Source: an uncultured Prevotellaceae bacterium (GTDB lineage: Bacteria > Bacteroidota > Bacteroidia > Bacteroidales > Bacteroidaceae). Taken from it: a stretch of 64,000 bases of DNA. A model generated the notes under the pieces. That model worked only from the letters and a program-made list of their open reading frames with translations. It had not been told where the DNA came from and searched no databases. Made by a program: the position numbers and the translations under genes. Location of the stretch: positions 8,166 through 72,165 of the forward strand of contig CAMJKP010000009.1 in the NCBI GenBank assembly GCA_946406435.1, read 5' to 3'. The first letter of the stretch is position 1; each line of letters begins with the position of its first letter. This document shows positions 9,033-20,600 of this stretch, one piece after another.

Positions 9033-10378
9033 AGACTCAACTTCTTTGTCTCTGTATAGAGCATTATCCATGAAATGGTAACGCTTGCCACATCAGCAAG
9101 TGCCATACTCCACCATACTCCCGTCACGCCAATCAAATGCGGAAGGATTACAAGCATTGGTATGAGGAATAGCAACTGTCGCGTCAAGGATATAATCATT
9201 GAGACACGTGGGCGTCTTATCGTCTGAAAGAAAGACACAGCAACCATCTGACTACCCACGAACGGGAAGGTACAGAGTCCGATAATCAACGCCGTAGCAC
9301 CTATTTCTATCATCTGCTTGTCTGTAGTAAAAATAGACATCAGCCCATCTGCAAAGATGGAAATAAATCCATAGCCAATGCACATGATAATAAAGGCATG
9401 GAAGATGGATTGCATCAGGACTCCCCGCACTCGAATGTAATTCTGCTTGGAAATATTTATGCTTGTTATTATCTGCAATGCAAGACCAAGACCAGAAATA
9501 AGCGATATCAGCACCTGAGTTATTCTCTGTACGACAGCATAGGAACCAAGATACATATCTCTTTGTTCACCAGCAACTTCAATAAGCGAGAGGTTAATCA
9601 TAAGAGCCACCACACATCCACACGCATTGATAGCAAACGGTGAGACTCCAATCTGCAATATCTCTTTGATAAGGCTAAAATCGACGCGGAATCCTCGTTT
9701 TGTGAAATGCAAGAAAGCTTTCTTATTAGAAAATACCTTTATGTATGATATCCAAGAGACGCTCTCGCACATGATTGATGCCAAGGCAACTCCCTTCATT
9801 CCCCATTTGAAAACGAACACAAAGATTACAGACAGAATGACGTTACCAGTAATACCTCCTATCTGCAGCATCATCTGCACCTTCGGACGTCCCTGTATAT
9901 GAAGAAGTCGTCCCATGCTCTGCATTGAGAACAACACGACAGTAGAAACAAGCATAATCCGCATATACACAAGGGCATACGGAAGTGTCACGTCCGAAGC
10001 GCCACAAAGTCGAAGTATATCTTCAAGGAATATTTCAAGCACAGCCGTTAACAGAGCCCCAAAACTCACAAGCAATATGAAGGAATTGCCGAAAGTCTTC
10101 AATGCCTGTTCCTGATTGTTCTCGGCATAAAGCATAGTAATTTTCGAAGCTGTGCCGGTATTGACAAGTGAAGCAAAGGCCGAAATGAGAATTATGATAG
10201 GGAAAGTACACGCCAAGGCGGCAAAAGCATCAATTCCCACCCCTATACCGAGAATAATTATTTCGAATATATTTAAAACAGCATTAGCCGACATCGCAAT
10301 CATAGCTGGTGGGGTAAACCTCCTTAGAAGCTTACCTATCGGCATTGAGAGCATGATATCTACCCGTTTATTGTCCAT
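9029..10378 (-). CDS. MATE family efflux transporter
   Basis: About 12 TM segments, MPIGKLLRRFTPPAMIAM, GMKGVALA, SLTRQLLFLIP, GVTGVWWS. Confidence 0.9.
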   Translation of the reverse strand: MDNKRVDIMLSMPIGKLLRRFTPPAMIAMSANAVLNIFEIIILGIGVGIDAFAALACTFPIIILISAFASLVNTGTASKITMLYAENNQEQALKTFGNSFILLVSFGALLTAVLEIFLEDILRLCGASDVTLPYALVYMRIMLVSTVVLFSMQSMGRLLHIQGRPKVQMMLQIGGITGNVILSVIFVFVFKWGMKGVALASIMCESVSWISYIKVFSNKKAFLHFTKRGFRVDFSLIKEILQIGVSPFAINACGCVVALMINLSLIEVAGEQRDMYLGSYAVVQRITQVLISLISGLGLALQIITSINISKQNYIRVRGVLMQSIFHAFIIMCIGYGFISIFADGLMSIFTTDKQMIEIGATALIIGLCTFPFVGSQMVAVSFFQTIRRPRVSMIISLTRQLLFLIPMLVILPHLIGVTGVWWSMALADVASVTISWIMLYTETKKLSL

Positions 10379-10383
10379 CTATC

Positions 10384-10908
10384 CTACTTTTTCTCAATTG
10401 TCACGCTATTCCCTTCTTTCTTCTTACTCTCATAGCAGAGTTTGTCAGCCTTGGTATAGGCAATAGCTTTCACCTCCTCTATATTGCCCTTGAAATAATG
10501 CGCTCCCATACTGAAGGTTATCTTGATATCACCAAGTTCTGGAATGACGATAGAGTTAACTCTGTCTTCCAAAGCCTCTATCTCCTTTCTGATATCTTCC
10601 TCTTCCTTGATTCCATCTACGAAAACGAAGAACTCATCACCTCCCAAACGGGCAACAGAAGAATTTCTGATACCGCTAAGACATTGACCAAATGCCTTTA
10701 GCACCAGGTCGCCTGTCATATGACCGCAAGCATCATTGATAGCCTTGAAGTCATCAATATCCGCAACACAGAGGTAGCCCTCCCCATCGGGATTGAACAA
10801 TTCGTGTATTCTCTTCCTCAAGCCATAGCGATTCAACACCCCCGTAAGCACATCGTGCTCAGAGATGTAGATCAAATGGTTAAGATATTCTTCTTCTACT
10901 TGTATCAT
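10384..10908 (-). CDS. Stand-alone diguanylate cyclase (GGDEF domain)
   Basis: HDVLTGVLNR, DIDDFKAINDACGHMTGD, ARLGGDEF, AD..Y.SK; no RxxD I-site. Confidence 0.92.
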   Translation of the reverse strand: MIQVEEEYLNHLIYISEHDVLTGVLNRYGLRKRIHELFNPDGEGYLCVADIDDFKAINDACGHMTGDLVLKAFGQCLSGIRNSSVARLGGDEFFVFVDGIKEEEDIRKEIEALEDRVNSIVIPELGDIKITFSMGAHYFKGNIEEVKAIAYTKADKLCYESKKKEGNSVTIEKK

Positions 10909-10909
10909 A

Positions 10910-12124
10910 TTAACTAATAGCAGCCTTTTTAAACACTAGCTCAAACCTTGAGCCTTTTCCCAACTCACTCTTTACTACGATCTTGCCATGCATATTCTCA
11001 ACGAGACGACGGCAGAGAGAAAGTCCTATGCCGGCTCCAGCCGTACTACTGCTTTCCTTGTAGTATCTGTCGAAGATAAGTTCATGTTTCTCTTCCGGAA
11101 TACCAATGCCCGTATCCTCAAGGAATATCACTACGTTATCTTCTATACATTGCCATCCCATCGTTATACTGCCTTCTTTCGTGAACTTAACAGCATTATT
11201 GACAAGGTTAGACATAACCTGCATCATACTACTACGATTCAAATCCACATATACATCCTCGGGACCTCGCACTATATTATATTCCAAGTGTTCTGGAATC
11301 ACCACGTTGTATGTTGCATACAGTTCCTCAACAATATCCTTAACCTTTCTTGTCTTCAAGGACATCTGCATCTCCTCACCCTCATTATTGCTTTTCAGCA
11401 CATCGTTGAGCAAACGGAGCAACTGTTCTGTATTATCAGCTATAATCTGTGAATAGCTCTTCAACTCCTCCTCTGAAGTCTCACTTCCAGTCTGTGCAAG
11501 AATCTGGGAGAAACCGGTAATGATATTCACCGGAGTACGGATCTCATGTCCCATGGCAGCAAGGAAACTCGCCTTCAACTTACTTTCCTCCTCAAGGTCG
11601 AATGCCATTTTCCTTTCCTTTTCCTTCTGGCGGGCACCATCCATGATGGTAAGGATACCCATAACATTGTCATTGTCAGAAGCCTTTCCTTTCTTTTCCC
11701 ACGGTTCCTTTTCCCTACAGATAAGAACACTTAGCGAGTGCACCTCATGAGACACCGGCATCGTGATGTTGAAGTCAACATAGATACCCGTTTCATCAGC
11801 ATTCTCAATAGCCGAAGTCAGTTCTTTTCTGCTATTTCTTGAAATGCACCTGAGCACCGCATCAACAGGAATCCTACGTTCACGCAGGTTATTCTTCTTG
11901 AAGAAACGATGACCGAACACCAATTTACCTTTATATATATACCACAGATATGACTGTGTGGAAAACAGAATCTCATGAACATTCTCCATATACCTATCAG
12001 CCTCACGACCATTTTCGAGATACTGCATCTTCTGGAAGTTGTCATCAATAAACCTCCATAACGTCAGTACCACCGTCAATAGTATCAGGTAGATAATTCC
12101 TATGTAGTAATATTCATTCATCAC
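10910..12124 (-). CDS. Sensor histidine kinase
   Basis: N-terminal TM; GHEIRTPVN, NLVNNAVKFT, DTGIGI, GAGIGL. Confidence 0.92.
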   Translation of the reverse strand: MMNEYYYIGIIYLILLTVVLTLWRFIDDNFQKMQYLENGREADRYMENVHEILFSTQSYLWYIYKGKLVFGHRFFKKNNLRERRIPVDAVLRCISRNSRKELTSAIENADETGIYVDFNITMPVSHEVHSLSVLICREKEPWEKKGKASDNDNVMGILTIMDGARQKEKERKMAFDLEEESKLKASFLAAMGHEIRTPVNIITGFSQILAQTGSETSEEELKSYSQIIADNTEQLLRLLNDVLKSNNEGEEMQMSLKTRKVKDIVEELYATYNVVIPEHLEYNIVRGPEDVYVDLNRSSMMQVMSNLVNNAVKFTKEGSITMGWQCIEDNVVIFLEDTGIGIPEEKHELIFDRYYKESSSTAGAGIGLSLCRRLVENMHGKIVVKSELGKGSRFELVFKKAAIS

Positions 12125-13377
12125 TCTTCACTTTTCATTTTATCCGCCCTCTTGAAAATCAGATTGAAGGTACTACCCTTACCCAATTCGCTCTCAACCG
12201 TAATCCTTGCACCCATACATTCGGCAAGTTCCTTACATAATGCAAGTCCAAGACCGGCACCTTGCGAGAAGTGGTCAATCTTATAGAATCGGGTAAAAAT
12301 CATATTATGATACTGAGGATCAATACCTATACCCTGATCCTTTACCGAGAGTATAACCTCATCGTCGGTCACAGTACGGATAACAGTTACCGTAGAACCC
12401 ATTGGCGAGAACTTGGCAGCATTATCAAAGAGGTTTATCATTATCCTACGCAACAGATTCCTATCTGCACGAATAGGCACATCCTCTCCATTTTCTATAA
12501 CCTCAATCTTCAGGCCAAAGAGATTAAGACTCTCTTCCTCCCTCATAGTAGCCACTTCAGGAGTGCAATCCGAATATCGAAGATCCTCAAACTGCACAGT
12601 AATACCGCTATTGTCAATCAAGGTTACGGTCAACATATCCTCAATCATCTTCATCAACAGAACGTTATTCTTGCTGATCTCACGCTCGAAATATGTAATC
12701 TCATCCTGAGTAAGAGTACTTCTCATATTCGCCAGCAGTTCCGAAATACCGACAATAGCATTAAGTGGAGTCCTAATCTCATGACTCATACATGAAATGA
12801 AATCCTCCTTCTCCTTGGCATTTGCAAGCATACGGTTGGTGTCAAGTTCCATCGCCTCACGCTTCTTCAGCTGGTCAATCATAATCGTAGTTCCCCTACG
12901 TACAAGTCCCCGAGGCGTCTGCTCAACCATCATATTCAGCTCATACCAATGAGGCTCACGTCCTTCAAACGAGCCGTACATCTGTATCATATGGTTTCCC
13001 GGCTCTTCAATTTGAAAGAACTCTTCAACCTTATGCTTATAGAAGGCACTAGCATCACAGATATTTCTCATCTGTTCAATATCAATGACAGCATCAAGCG
13101 ACCTCGTATCATATTGCAGAACCGAGAACTTACCGTCCTTCAGTTCCCATACATGAGTCTGAGTCTTATCCAACAGCATCTGCGTAACAGCCCTTGTCCT
13201 GATGCTGTGGGTAGCAGCTTCACGCAGTTTCTCTGCCATCTTATTGTGTTCTACTATTCGCTTGTATGTTTTGTACAACGTATATACAGCAACACAAACC
13301 AAGACAACAAGAAAAATCACGCCAAAGGCAACCCTCCAGTGTAATAGGTCTGCAATATGAAGTATTACATTTATCAT
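12121..13377 (-). CDS. Sensor histidine kinase
   Basis: N-terminal TM; SHEIRTPLNAI, NLFDNAAKFS, DQGIGI, GAGLGL. Confidence 0.92.
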   Translation of the reverse strand: MINVILHIADLLHWRVAFGVIFLVVLVCVAVYTLYKTYKRIVEHNKMAEKLREAATHSIRTRAVTQMLLDKTQTHVWELKDGKFSVLQYDTRSLDAVIDIEQMRNICDASAFYKHKVEEFFQIEEPGNHMIQMYGSFEGREPHWYELNMMVEQTPRGLVRRGTTIMIDQLKKREAMELDTNRMLANAKEKEDFISCMSHEIRTPLNAIVGISELLANMRSTLTQDEITYFEREISKNNVLLMKMIEDMLTVTLIDNSGITVQFEDLRYSDCTPEVATMREEESLNLFGLKIEVIENGEDVPIRADRNLLRRIMINLFDNAAKFSPMGSTVTVIRTVTDDEVILSVKDQGIGIDPQYHNMIFTRFYKIDHFSQGAGLGLALCKELAECMGARITVESELGKGSTFNLIFKRADKMKSEE

Positions 13378-15437
13378 TTACGAGAATTCAGACTTCTCTT
13401 GAGTGTCTTTATAAGTTTTTCCACTTCTATAGGTTTTGAAAGATGCGCATTCATTCCTGCTTCAATGGCTTCACGCTTATCCTCCTCGAAGGCATTGGCC
13501 GTCATAGCCAATATCGTGATATTAGCCTTTCCCCTATCCTCCATCTTACGGATTATGCGAGTAGCCTCATAGCCATTCATCTTTGGCATCTGAATATCCA
13601 TAAGAACAAGGTCATAATACCCCGCAGGTGCCTTGTCTATCATTTCAACGCATTGACGACCATCCTCTGCACGTTCTACCACGAAATCCACATCACGCAG
13701 AATCTCCATAGCAATCTCCGCATTCAGGTCACTATCCTCTGCAAGAAGGATTCTTCTACCCTTGAAATCTACGCCTGAGAGATCTGGCATATCCACATTG
13801 ACGACATCCGACTTCTTTGCTATGCGATGCTTGGTATGAACCTTGAACGTGGTTCCCTTGCCAAGTTCACTCTCAACCTCTATGGTTCCTCCCATAAGGT
13901 CAAGGAGATTCTTGACAATAGGCATACCAAGTCCTGTTCCCTCCACCTTTATATCCGTGGTGGTATGTTCACGAGAGAACTCCTCAAACAGATGTGGAAG
14001 ATAGTCAGCAGACATTCCCTGACCATTGTCTTTCACGACAGTCTCAATTATGACATTGCCCTCCTCTTCACATGGCAACTCACGGATGTATAGCTCCACC
14101 CTACCACCCGAAGGCGTGTATTTATAGGCATTGCTGAGAAGGTTCAACACCACATCACGTATCTTTATAGGGTCACAGTAAAGATATTCATGCTCTACAT
14201 CCAGGGAATGGCAGAAGGTTATTCCCTTATGCGCCATCATATCAACGAAAACTGAGCAGAACATATCATACATCTGTTCTACGCCCCATGCCTGGATATC
14301 AATATCAAGATGTCCTTTCTCAATACGTGACATTTCAAGCACATTATTGATAAGACCTAACAGCAAGGCACTTGATTCCTTCAGTTTTTTCAGATAGTCC
14401 TGACGGCGTTCTGGCTCATCCTGATGCTTCTCAAGCAAGCCCGTAAAGCCTATGATTGCATTCATAGGAGTACGGATGTCATGACTCATATTCAGAAGGA
14501 AGGAACTCTTTGCACGGTTTGCCTCAACCGCAGCCGACTTTGCCTCTTCCAAGGCGTTAAGCTGGCTCAACTCCTTTTTCTTCTGTTCATTGACATCAAC
14601 GGTTGTCCAAACAACTTCAGTACAATATCCGTCATCACCGCGCTTGCCTGCAACGAAAGAACCGATAACCCAGCCACATGCGCTGCACTCAAACTCATGT
14701 TTGATTATTGGCTGATCCTTCAGTTGTTCACGTACCCTGTCAAGGTTGGTAAAAGCGAGCATGTCTTCCTTCCACTCCGGCATGACGAGTTCCTTGCAAA
14801 ACGTCGCGAATCTCTCACGAGCATCGCCCTCACCACTTCCGAGCACGTCGCAGACTTTCTTATTCACAACGCTGACTTTCTCCATCCTGCCCGTCTGCAT
14901 GTTTATGCGGTATATGGAGGTACACGACCTTGACACGAACCCGATGACCTCATAAGCTCTCTTAAGCTCTGCGCCCATCCTTGCCATAGCCCCCTGTTGT
15001 TCCTTTTCCTTCAGCACCGAAGGAGTCACATCCGAACAGTAGCCGCTAAGAACCTGTCCTTTACCCTCAACTCTGCCAGATCCGGTACAACGAAGATAAC
15101 GATCACCCAGAACCGGATGCTCCCAAAGATAGGTTGTCTCCTCAACATTGCCTGACATCATCCTTTCAACAGATGCAAACAAAGATTCCCTGCCCTCCGG
15201 TTTAACCCTGTTAAACCAGAAGTCATACATCTCCTCAGGAGACATGGCAGAAACATCGCTAATGCCTAATAGCTCAGCCATTTTGGCATTAAGACGCATT
15301 CTTCGGGGCTTTCCTTCTGTATTTTCAACAGACCACATGCCCAACCCGGCACCTGCCATGATGCGGTTCATCTCTTCAAATTGCAGTTCAAAGGACATAA
15401 GTGTATTCGAGCTGTTATTGAATTGGTCAATAGGCAT
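13374..15437 (-). CDS. Cytoplasmic hybrid histidine kinase (PAS-like + HisKA + HATPase + REC)
   Basis: NMSHDIRTPMNAIIG, NLLSNAYKYT, GTGLG; REC with LLAEDS, LMDIQMPKMNG, HLSKP. Confidence 0.92.
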   Translation of the reverse strand: MPIDQFNNSSNTLMSFELQFEEMNRIMAGAGLGMWSVENTEGKPRRMRLNAKMAELLGISDVSAMSPEEMYDFWFNRVKPEGRESLFASVERMMSGNVEETTYLWEHPVLGDRYLRCTGSGRVEGKGQVLSGYCSDVTPSVLKEKEQQGAMARMGAELKRAYEVIGFVSRSCTSIYRINMQTGRMEKVSVVNKKVCDVLGSGEGDARERFATFCKELVMPEWKEDMLAFTNLDRVREQLKDQPIIKHEFECSACGWVIGSFVAGKRGDDGYCTEVVWTTVDVNEQKKKELSQLNALEEAKSAAVEANRAKSSFLLNMSHDIRTPMNAIIGFTGLLEKHQDEPERRQDYLKKLKESSALLLGLINNVLEMSRIEKGHLDIDIQAWGVEQMYDMFCSVFVDMMAHKGITFCHSLDVEHEYLYCDPIKIRDVVLNLLSNAYKYTPSGGRVELYIRELPCEEEGNVIIETVVKDNGQGMSADYLPHLFEEFSREHTTTDIKVEGTGLGMPIVKNLLDLMGGTIEVESELGKGTTFKVHTKHRIAKKSDVVNVDMPDLSGVDFKGRRILLAEDSDLNAEIAMEILRDVDFVVERAEDGRQCVEMIDKAPAGYYDLVLMDIQMPKMNGYEATRIIRKMEDRGKANITILAMTANAFEEDKREAIEAGMNAHLSKPIEVEKLIKTLKRSLNSRK

Positions 15438-15546
15438 TTGGTTGCAAATTAAATATAATTAGTTATAGGTACTTTTTTTCTGAAGTGTAAGGTCTGAGGA
15501 CTTTAGTTTTTGCCCTCGTGACTGTCGGCATTTGCCTAGGCGATTG

Positions 15547-15554
15547 CAAAAGTA
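15547..15554 (-). promoter_or_regulatory. -7 promoter element for the signalling cluster
   Basis: TACTTTTG(CA) about 110 bp upstream of the hybrid kinase. Confidence 0.6.
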
Positions 15555-15648
15555 ATCAAAAAAAAAGAAATTTCCAAATTTACGGCAAAATAATTCAAGC
15601 TATTGGTAAAAAAAAATCAGAAATCTAAGAACATTACGGACAAAAGAA

Positions 15649-15679
15649 ACCGGCATCCATCATTTTGACGAATGCCGGT
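15649..15679 (-). terminator. Intrinsic terminator downstream of the pectate lyase gene
   Basis: ACCGGCAT...ATGCCGGT stem followed by a T-rich tract on the minus strand. Confidence 0.6.
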
Positions 15680-15712
15680 ATGCTTATCTTTAGTTGCTTT
15701 AATCCTCCCAAG

Positions 15713-15832
15713 TAAGTCCGTTGTAACTCCGTACCAAAGTCGGTGCAAAGTCGGTGCAAAGTCGGTGAAGGAGCGATTTAATAGCGAAGTTTCATCGAGT
15801 TTGGTTCGGAGGAAGAGCGAAGGCAAAGCGAA
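15713..15832. repeat. 11-bp-period array E' (divergent, no iteron block)
   Basis: AAGTCCGTTGT AACTCCGTACC AAAGTCGGTGC AAAGTCGGTGC AAAGTCGGTG ... AGCGAAGGCAA AGCGAA. Confidence 0.65.
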
Positions 15833-17283
15833 TTATCTTACGACATACTTCTTTCCACCCTTGACAACAATTCCCTTTGCATTAGAATTAACTTTCTGAC
15901 CTAAGAGATTGAATGTAGCCTCAGATGCAGATTGATTCTCCGCAACCGAATTTATACCAGTAAGTTCTTCTGCAGGAATCACAGAATACTTTGTCGAGCC
16001 CCATATTGTAGAACCTGCGAAAGTCTTCACATCATCCTTGCAATCTCTGTCGGTATTTTTGTATAGCTGTATGGAATATAGCACTCTCCAAAGCTAATCG
16101 GTTTTGAGAATGCTTCAACCGTAACATTATCATCTGTCCAGATAACTGAAGTCGCATCTTGCTGAGTAAAAATCTTCTTTACTCCCTTTTCGAAATAGTT
16201 TCCTTCAATAAGGAATTCGGAATTCTTTCGCGGATTGATGCAAGCTGTTGAGTTTCCCGCACAATGGAAATAGTTGTTCAGCATGTGGAAACGTCCATAA
16301 CGTGCCATTGGCATACGAGCACGGCACTTAGCGCCCCACGAATTGAACGCGAAGGTGATTGATAGTTTATCATCATCCTCAACCTTACTATCCGAACTTC
16401 CTACCAAGTTGGTATTCTGATGCATAAGAGAACGGTCGGTATATGAGAAATCATTCCAACTTGCAGTAATCATGTCCGACTCATTTGAGATATCGAAATT
16501 TCCGTCAATACCGTCAATGAACTCGCAATGATCCACCCAAACGTTACTTGAATACTGCACAGACAAAAGGTCATATCCTCCACAATCAATGGAACCAGGT
16601 CCTACGAAGGACAGGTTACGGAAGATAATGTTCTTACAACGCTTCACACAGAAGATTCCGGCCTCACGATAGTTCTCATTACCATATTTCTCATAAAGAG
16701 CCTTACGTGTAAGATATTCTGCCTCTTCATCAACGGCAACCCCATTTGGAAGTGTGCCTCCTGTACCCTTGTTCGTTGAAGCGCTCTCCACATCAGCCTC
16801 CTTGAGAATGGCAAGGACATCGGGAGTAACATACCACTCTGTTACGAGACGGGCATTATTAATACCGAGAATCGTCTTGTTGTTACATCCAGTTCCTGAG
16901 CCCTGATTCTGAATTGTAATGTATTTCTTGATTACAAAGTCACCTTTAGAACCATCAAGAATAACGATATCGTTATCCTTGATAGCATTCTTGATAACAT
17001 CATCCTTATGTACATTATCCGCAGTAAGAACCTTTACCTTCTTGCCACTTGCGGGATCATTAAGAAGAGCCATAGCATCTTCATAGGTATAGGCTCCACC
17101 GCCCATAACTTTTTCTATGGACGGGTTGGAATCCGTACGGGAATCGCATGTAGCAAAGCCGAATGCCTGTAATTGATCATACTCTGAATGAGCGAAATCT
17201 GATTGTGCTTTTAGTGAGATTGGAACAATAGTTGCAATAGCCAGCAGAAAAACTGGCAGAATTTTGTATGAGACAACCTTCAT
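15833..17283 (-). pseudogene. Pectate lyase (PL1) with T9SS C-terminal domain, split by a 1-nt frameshift near 16038
   Basis: PL1 motifs NVWVDHCEF, DGNFDI, RMPMARYG, HMLNNYF. The frame ends ...EIARMM*; inserting one A (GCA AAG GAT GAT GTG) restores AKDDVKTFAGS...TGINSV...FNLLGQKV...KGIVVKGGKKYVVR. Confidence 0.75.
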
Positions 17284-17446
17284 ATTAAGTATTCATGTTT
17301 TATGACTTATTCCTTGCTTTCGTATGTAAAAACGCCACGGAACACAGACTTCCATCTGTGCACGCACACGTTTCAACTGCAAAGATAGCAGTTTTTTCCC
17401 ACACGTGCAAGAAAACATGAATAAAAATCAATAAAAAAGGCATTCA

Positions 17447-17656
17447 TCAGTCAAATATTAATCCACCCTTAGAGAAATCATCCGAGCCGGTAATTGGATC
17501 ATCACCAATTATCGGACCTGGCGGAACTACATCATCGCCTTCCAAATCTCCGGCTCCAGGTGTTACTATTGCGGAATTATGGTTTGAGAGAGTCTGAAGC
17601 AGTTCCTCTTCAACGAGGAACTGCTCACAGATTGGTTTAAAATATTTTCTTTTCAT
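17447..17656 (-). CDS. Small acidic peptide with MKxKYxKP leader
   Basis: 69 aa MKRKYFKPICEQFLVEEELL...; co-oriented immediately downstream of a T9SS cargo gene; resembles small ORFs seen in Prevotella. Confidence 0.7.
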   Translation of the reverse strand: MKRKYFKPICEQFLVEEELLQTLSNHNSAIVTPGAGDLEGDDVVPPGPIIGDDPITGSDDFSKGGLIFD

Positions 17657-17687
17657 TTCCTGTTTTTAACAACCTCCTTCTTCTTTT

Positions 17688-20600
17688 TTATTTTACAACG
17701 TACTTCTTTCCATTAACTACATATATACCCTTTGAGAGTCCCTCAAGGCTATGTGTATTGCTACGTACCTTTACTCCGTTAACTCCATATACATCAGAGC
17801 TTTCAAGGATGATGCCGTTATCTTGCAAGAGTTCCTCTATAGATGTTGTCTCGCCTTCTGAATCGCTGAAGCCCATAGTTGTAAGAGGCTTTGCATTAGC
17901 AGCATTGAGACACCTGATGTAGGCGCGGAATGGCTTAGCAGTAGCGTTATTCTTCAGCTTAGTAAGAACACCGCTATTACTCATCACATAAGAACCAGCA
18001 GGAAGTTCCTCATCATCGAAGTTACCCTCGAAGACGTATGGGTAATCTGAATAATATTTATAGCTTCCTTTATGGGCAAAAGACTTGCCATTTGAACTAA
18101 CAGCCAGATAAGGAGTTTCCAAATTCTTGCGGTAATTCACATTAGCCTCTATCTTCGTCACATCCTTTGTAGGAAGTATGAAGTAAGGATAACCGGCAAT
18201 AATATCTTGGTTGACATGCCATATCAGTTCTACCCTACCTTTTTTATATCCCTGATTAATAACCTGCTTCAGGAGTACAACAGAAGTGCCTTCACCGAAG
18301 TTCTCTTCCAACTGCTTCCTATTCATGCTGAATGGCAGACAGATAGAACTCCATGTATTAGCTTTGAAGTTACGCTCATACTCTATTGGAACGCAATACT
18401 TCTTTTCTAATTCAGCAGGCAGGCTTGTGCTATACTCAGACTGTAACTTGTCCTTATAAACAATAGTTTCACTAACAGAGGCTGAAACATCACTCAAAGG
18501 TCTCGTGTCATAAGTTGTCAACGTATCAGCACGCAACTGTTTACCTTCCTCAAAGTTATATCCTGCATAACCGAGTTTAGTATCATTAGAGAACACGTAA
18601 TATGTCTGTCCAGGAAGTACATTGAAAGAATAACGTACAATTCCCTTTGACATTATCATATATCCACCATCACCTGTCTCTATGACCTTCTGCTTCCAAC
18701 CCTGATTCTCCCAATGACCAAGGAGGAGTTTGAAGCGATCATAATTACTACTTTTCCATTCAAGGAGTGCATCCTTTAGACGCTGGTTGTATGTACCTTC
18801 GATTTCCTCAATGAACTGAGCACGACGACGACCTTCTTTGAAGAAGTTATCGTTCTCAGAAATCTTACTATTAGTATCATACTGTACACTTGATATGCAC
18901 ACACCTCTTTCGTCTGTGACATAGACTGGACGCCAGTATATCTTGTCAGAATAGTCCTGATTCAAGTCTGTCTTTTCGAGATTACCATTCTGGAGCACAT
19001 AGACAGTAAGCACACCCGGTTTTTCCACATCAAACTTCAGGTATGAGCCACGACTTGGAAGAGTCCAAGGCCTTACATTCCTTATTGACTTCTTTAGATC
19101 AAATCTGCCATCATTACTGCCATCATCATTACCATAGCTTTCACTCTTGGCATTCTGACTTCCCTGAGAATAGGTATTGAAGCCATCAACTGGGGTAACA
19201 TCATTTCTTTCGTCGAACACAAAGCCCTTGCTCCATGAATCAACAGCAGAGCCGTTATTATCCACGTCATCACCCTCAGTACCAGCATAAGTGTTATCAT
19301 TATAAGCCCAACCACCAAGTGACATTGTGATAGCATCAGAACCATCCTTTGCCTTTACGGTCTTCTTTTCTGCAACATCATACTTTGCATTCTCCTCCGC
19401 ATGATGTGTCTTAGGAGTGTTCTCCACACGAATCTGGTATGCAGTAGAGATACATCCATCATACAGATTGTCGAATACAAGCTCTGCTTTGATAGTTGCA
19501 TAGCCGGTAATACCTGTTACTGTAACCTTACCACTCTGATTAACAGTAGCCACATGAGGAGCAGAACTAGTGAAACGGATATAACATGACTTCGTACCAT
19601 TATCGAAATAAGTCTTACTATAATCGCTTACCTTCTCATTCTTAGTACTTGTTCCATTAGTGATGATAAGCTGTGGCAAAGTAGGCTGCTTAAATTCATA
19701 TTTATCATCATTCCTTTCTACATCTACATGGATTACCCTTCTGGTTTGCGGCTTACTATTTACACTATTCACCTTACGGCTATTGTCCGTATATGTCAAG
19801 CTATAAGGAGAAATGAACACATCTGAAATCCACAGCACATTATTATTGTTGTTGTTGTTATGTGGGTAGCCTGTGTATGCGGTATTATAAGCAGGTATGG
19901 TACCGTGACTATAAACCTTGAAACCATAGCTATCTGAAGCAATATTATTGTTCTTGTAGCCAGTAAATATAGAAAATTCCTCCTTACCCAGATTACCATA
20001 GAGGCTCACACCTCTTGTGCGTAATTCGCAAGGGTCATTAACTGGCCAAAGGTCATAAGGATCCAGAGGATACTTCTCTGGGTCGCCAGACTTCACAACG
20101 AAATACACATTCTCACCTTTGTTAAGGTCTGGAACATATATCTCTGCACCACGCTTCAAACCTATAAGACCATTCTTCTGGTCAATAATAATCTGTCCTG
20201 CAGTTCCTGTGAACTTCAATCCCTCGGTAGAGAAGATAGTCTCATGCCCTATCTGCAACTCTGATTTCTTTATTGACCTGTTAAGGGTATATACACCATC
20301 ACTACCAGCCCATGTGGTACCGTCAAGAACATTGAGATTCTTTTCTGCCATTCCGTCAGCCTTGAGAGTAGTGGTGAAATGCCACTCGTCGCGCTTCAGT
20401 TGCTTAGCATCTATGATATCATATATCTCATCGGCAGTAAGAGCCCTTGAATAGATTGCAATATCATCGAAAGCAAGAGCTGCATCCTCATAATACTCCT
20501 TCTGGAAGAAAAGTCCATGAGGAGTAAAACCACCCAGCACGATGTTACGTAGGTAGAAAGTACGACCAGAGAAATCGCCTTCTTCCTGGAAGTCCGTCAA

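Noticed and set aside
8682-9071. Longer Hpt start at 9071
   Set aside because: It overlaps the MATE gene; the ATGA-coupled start at 9032 is more plausible.
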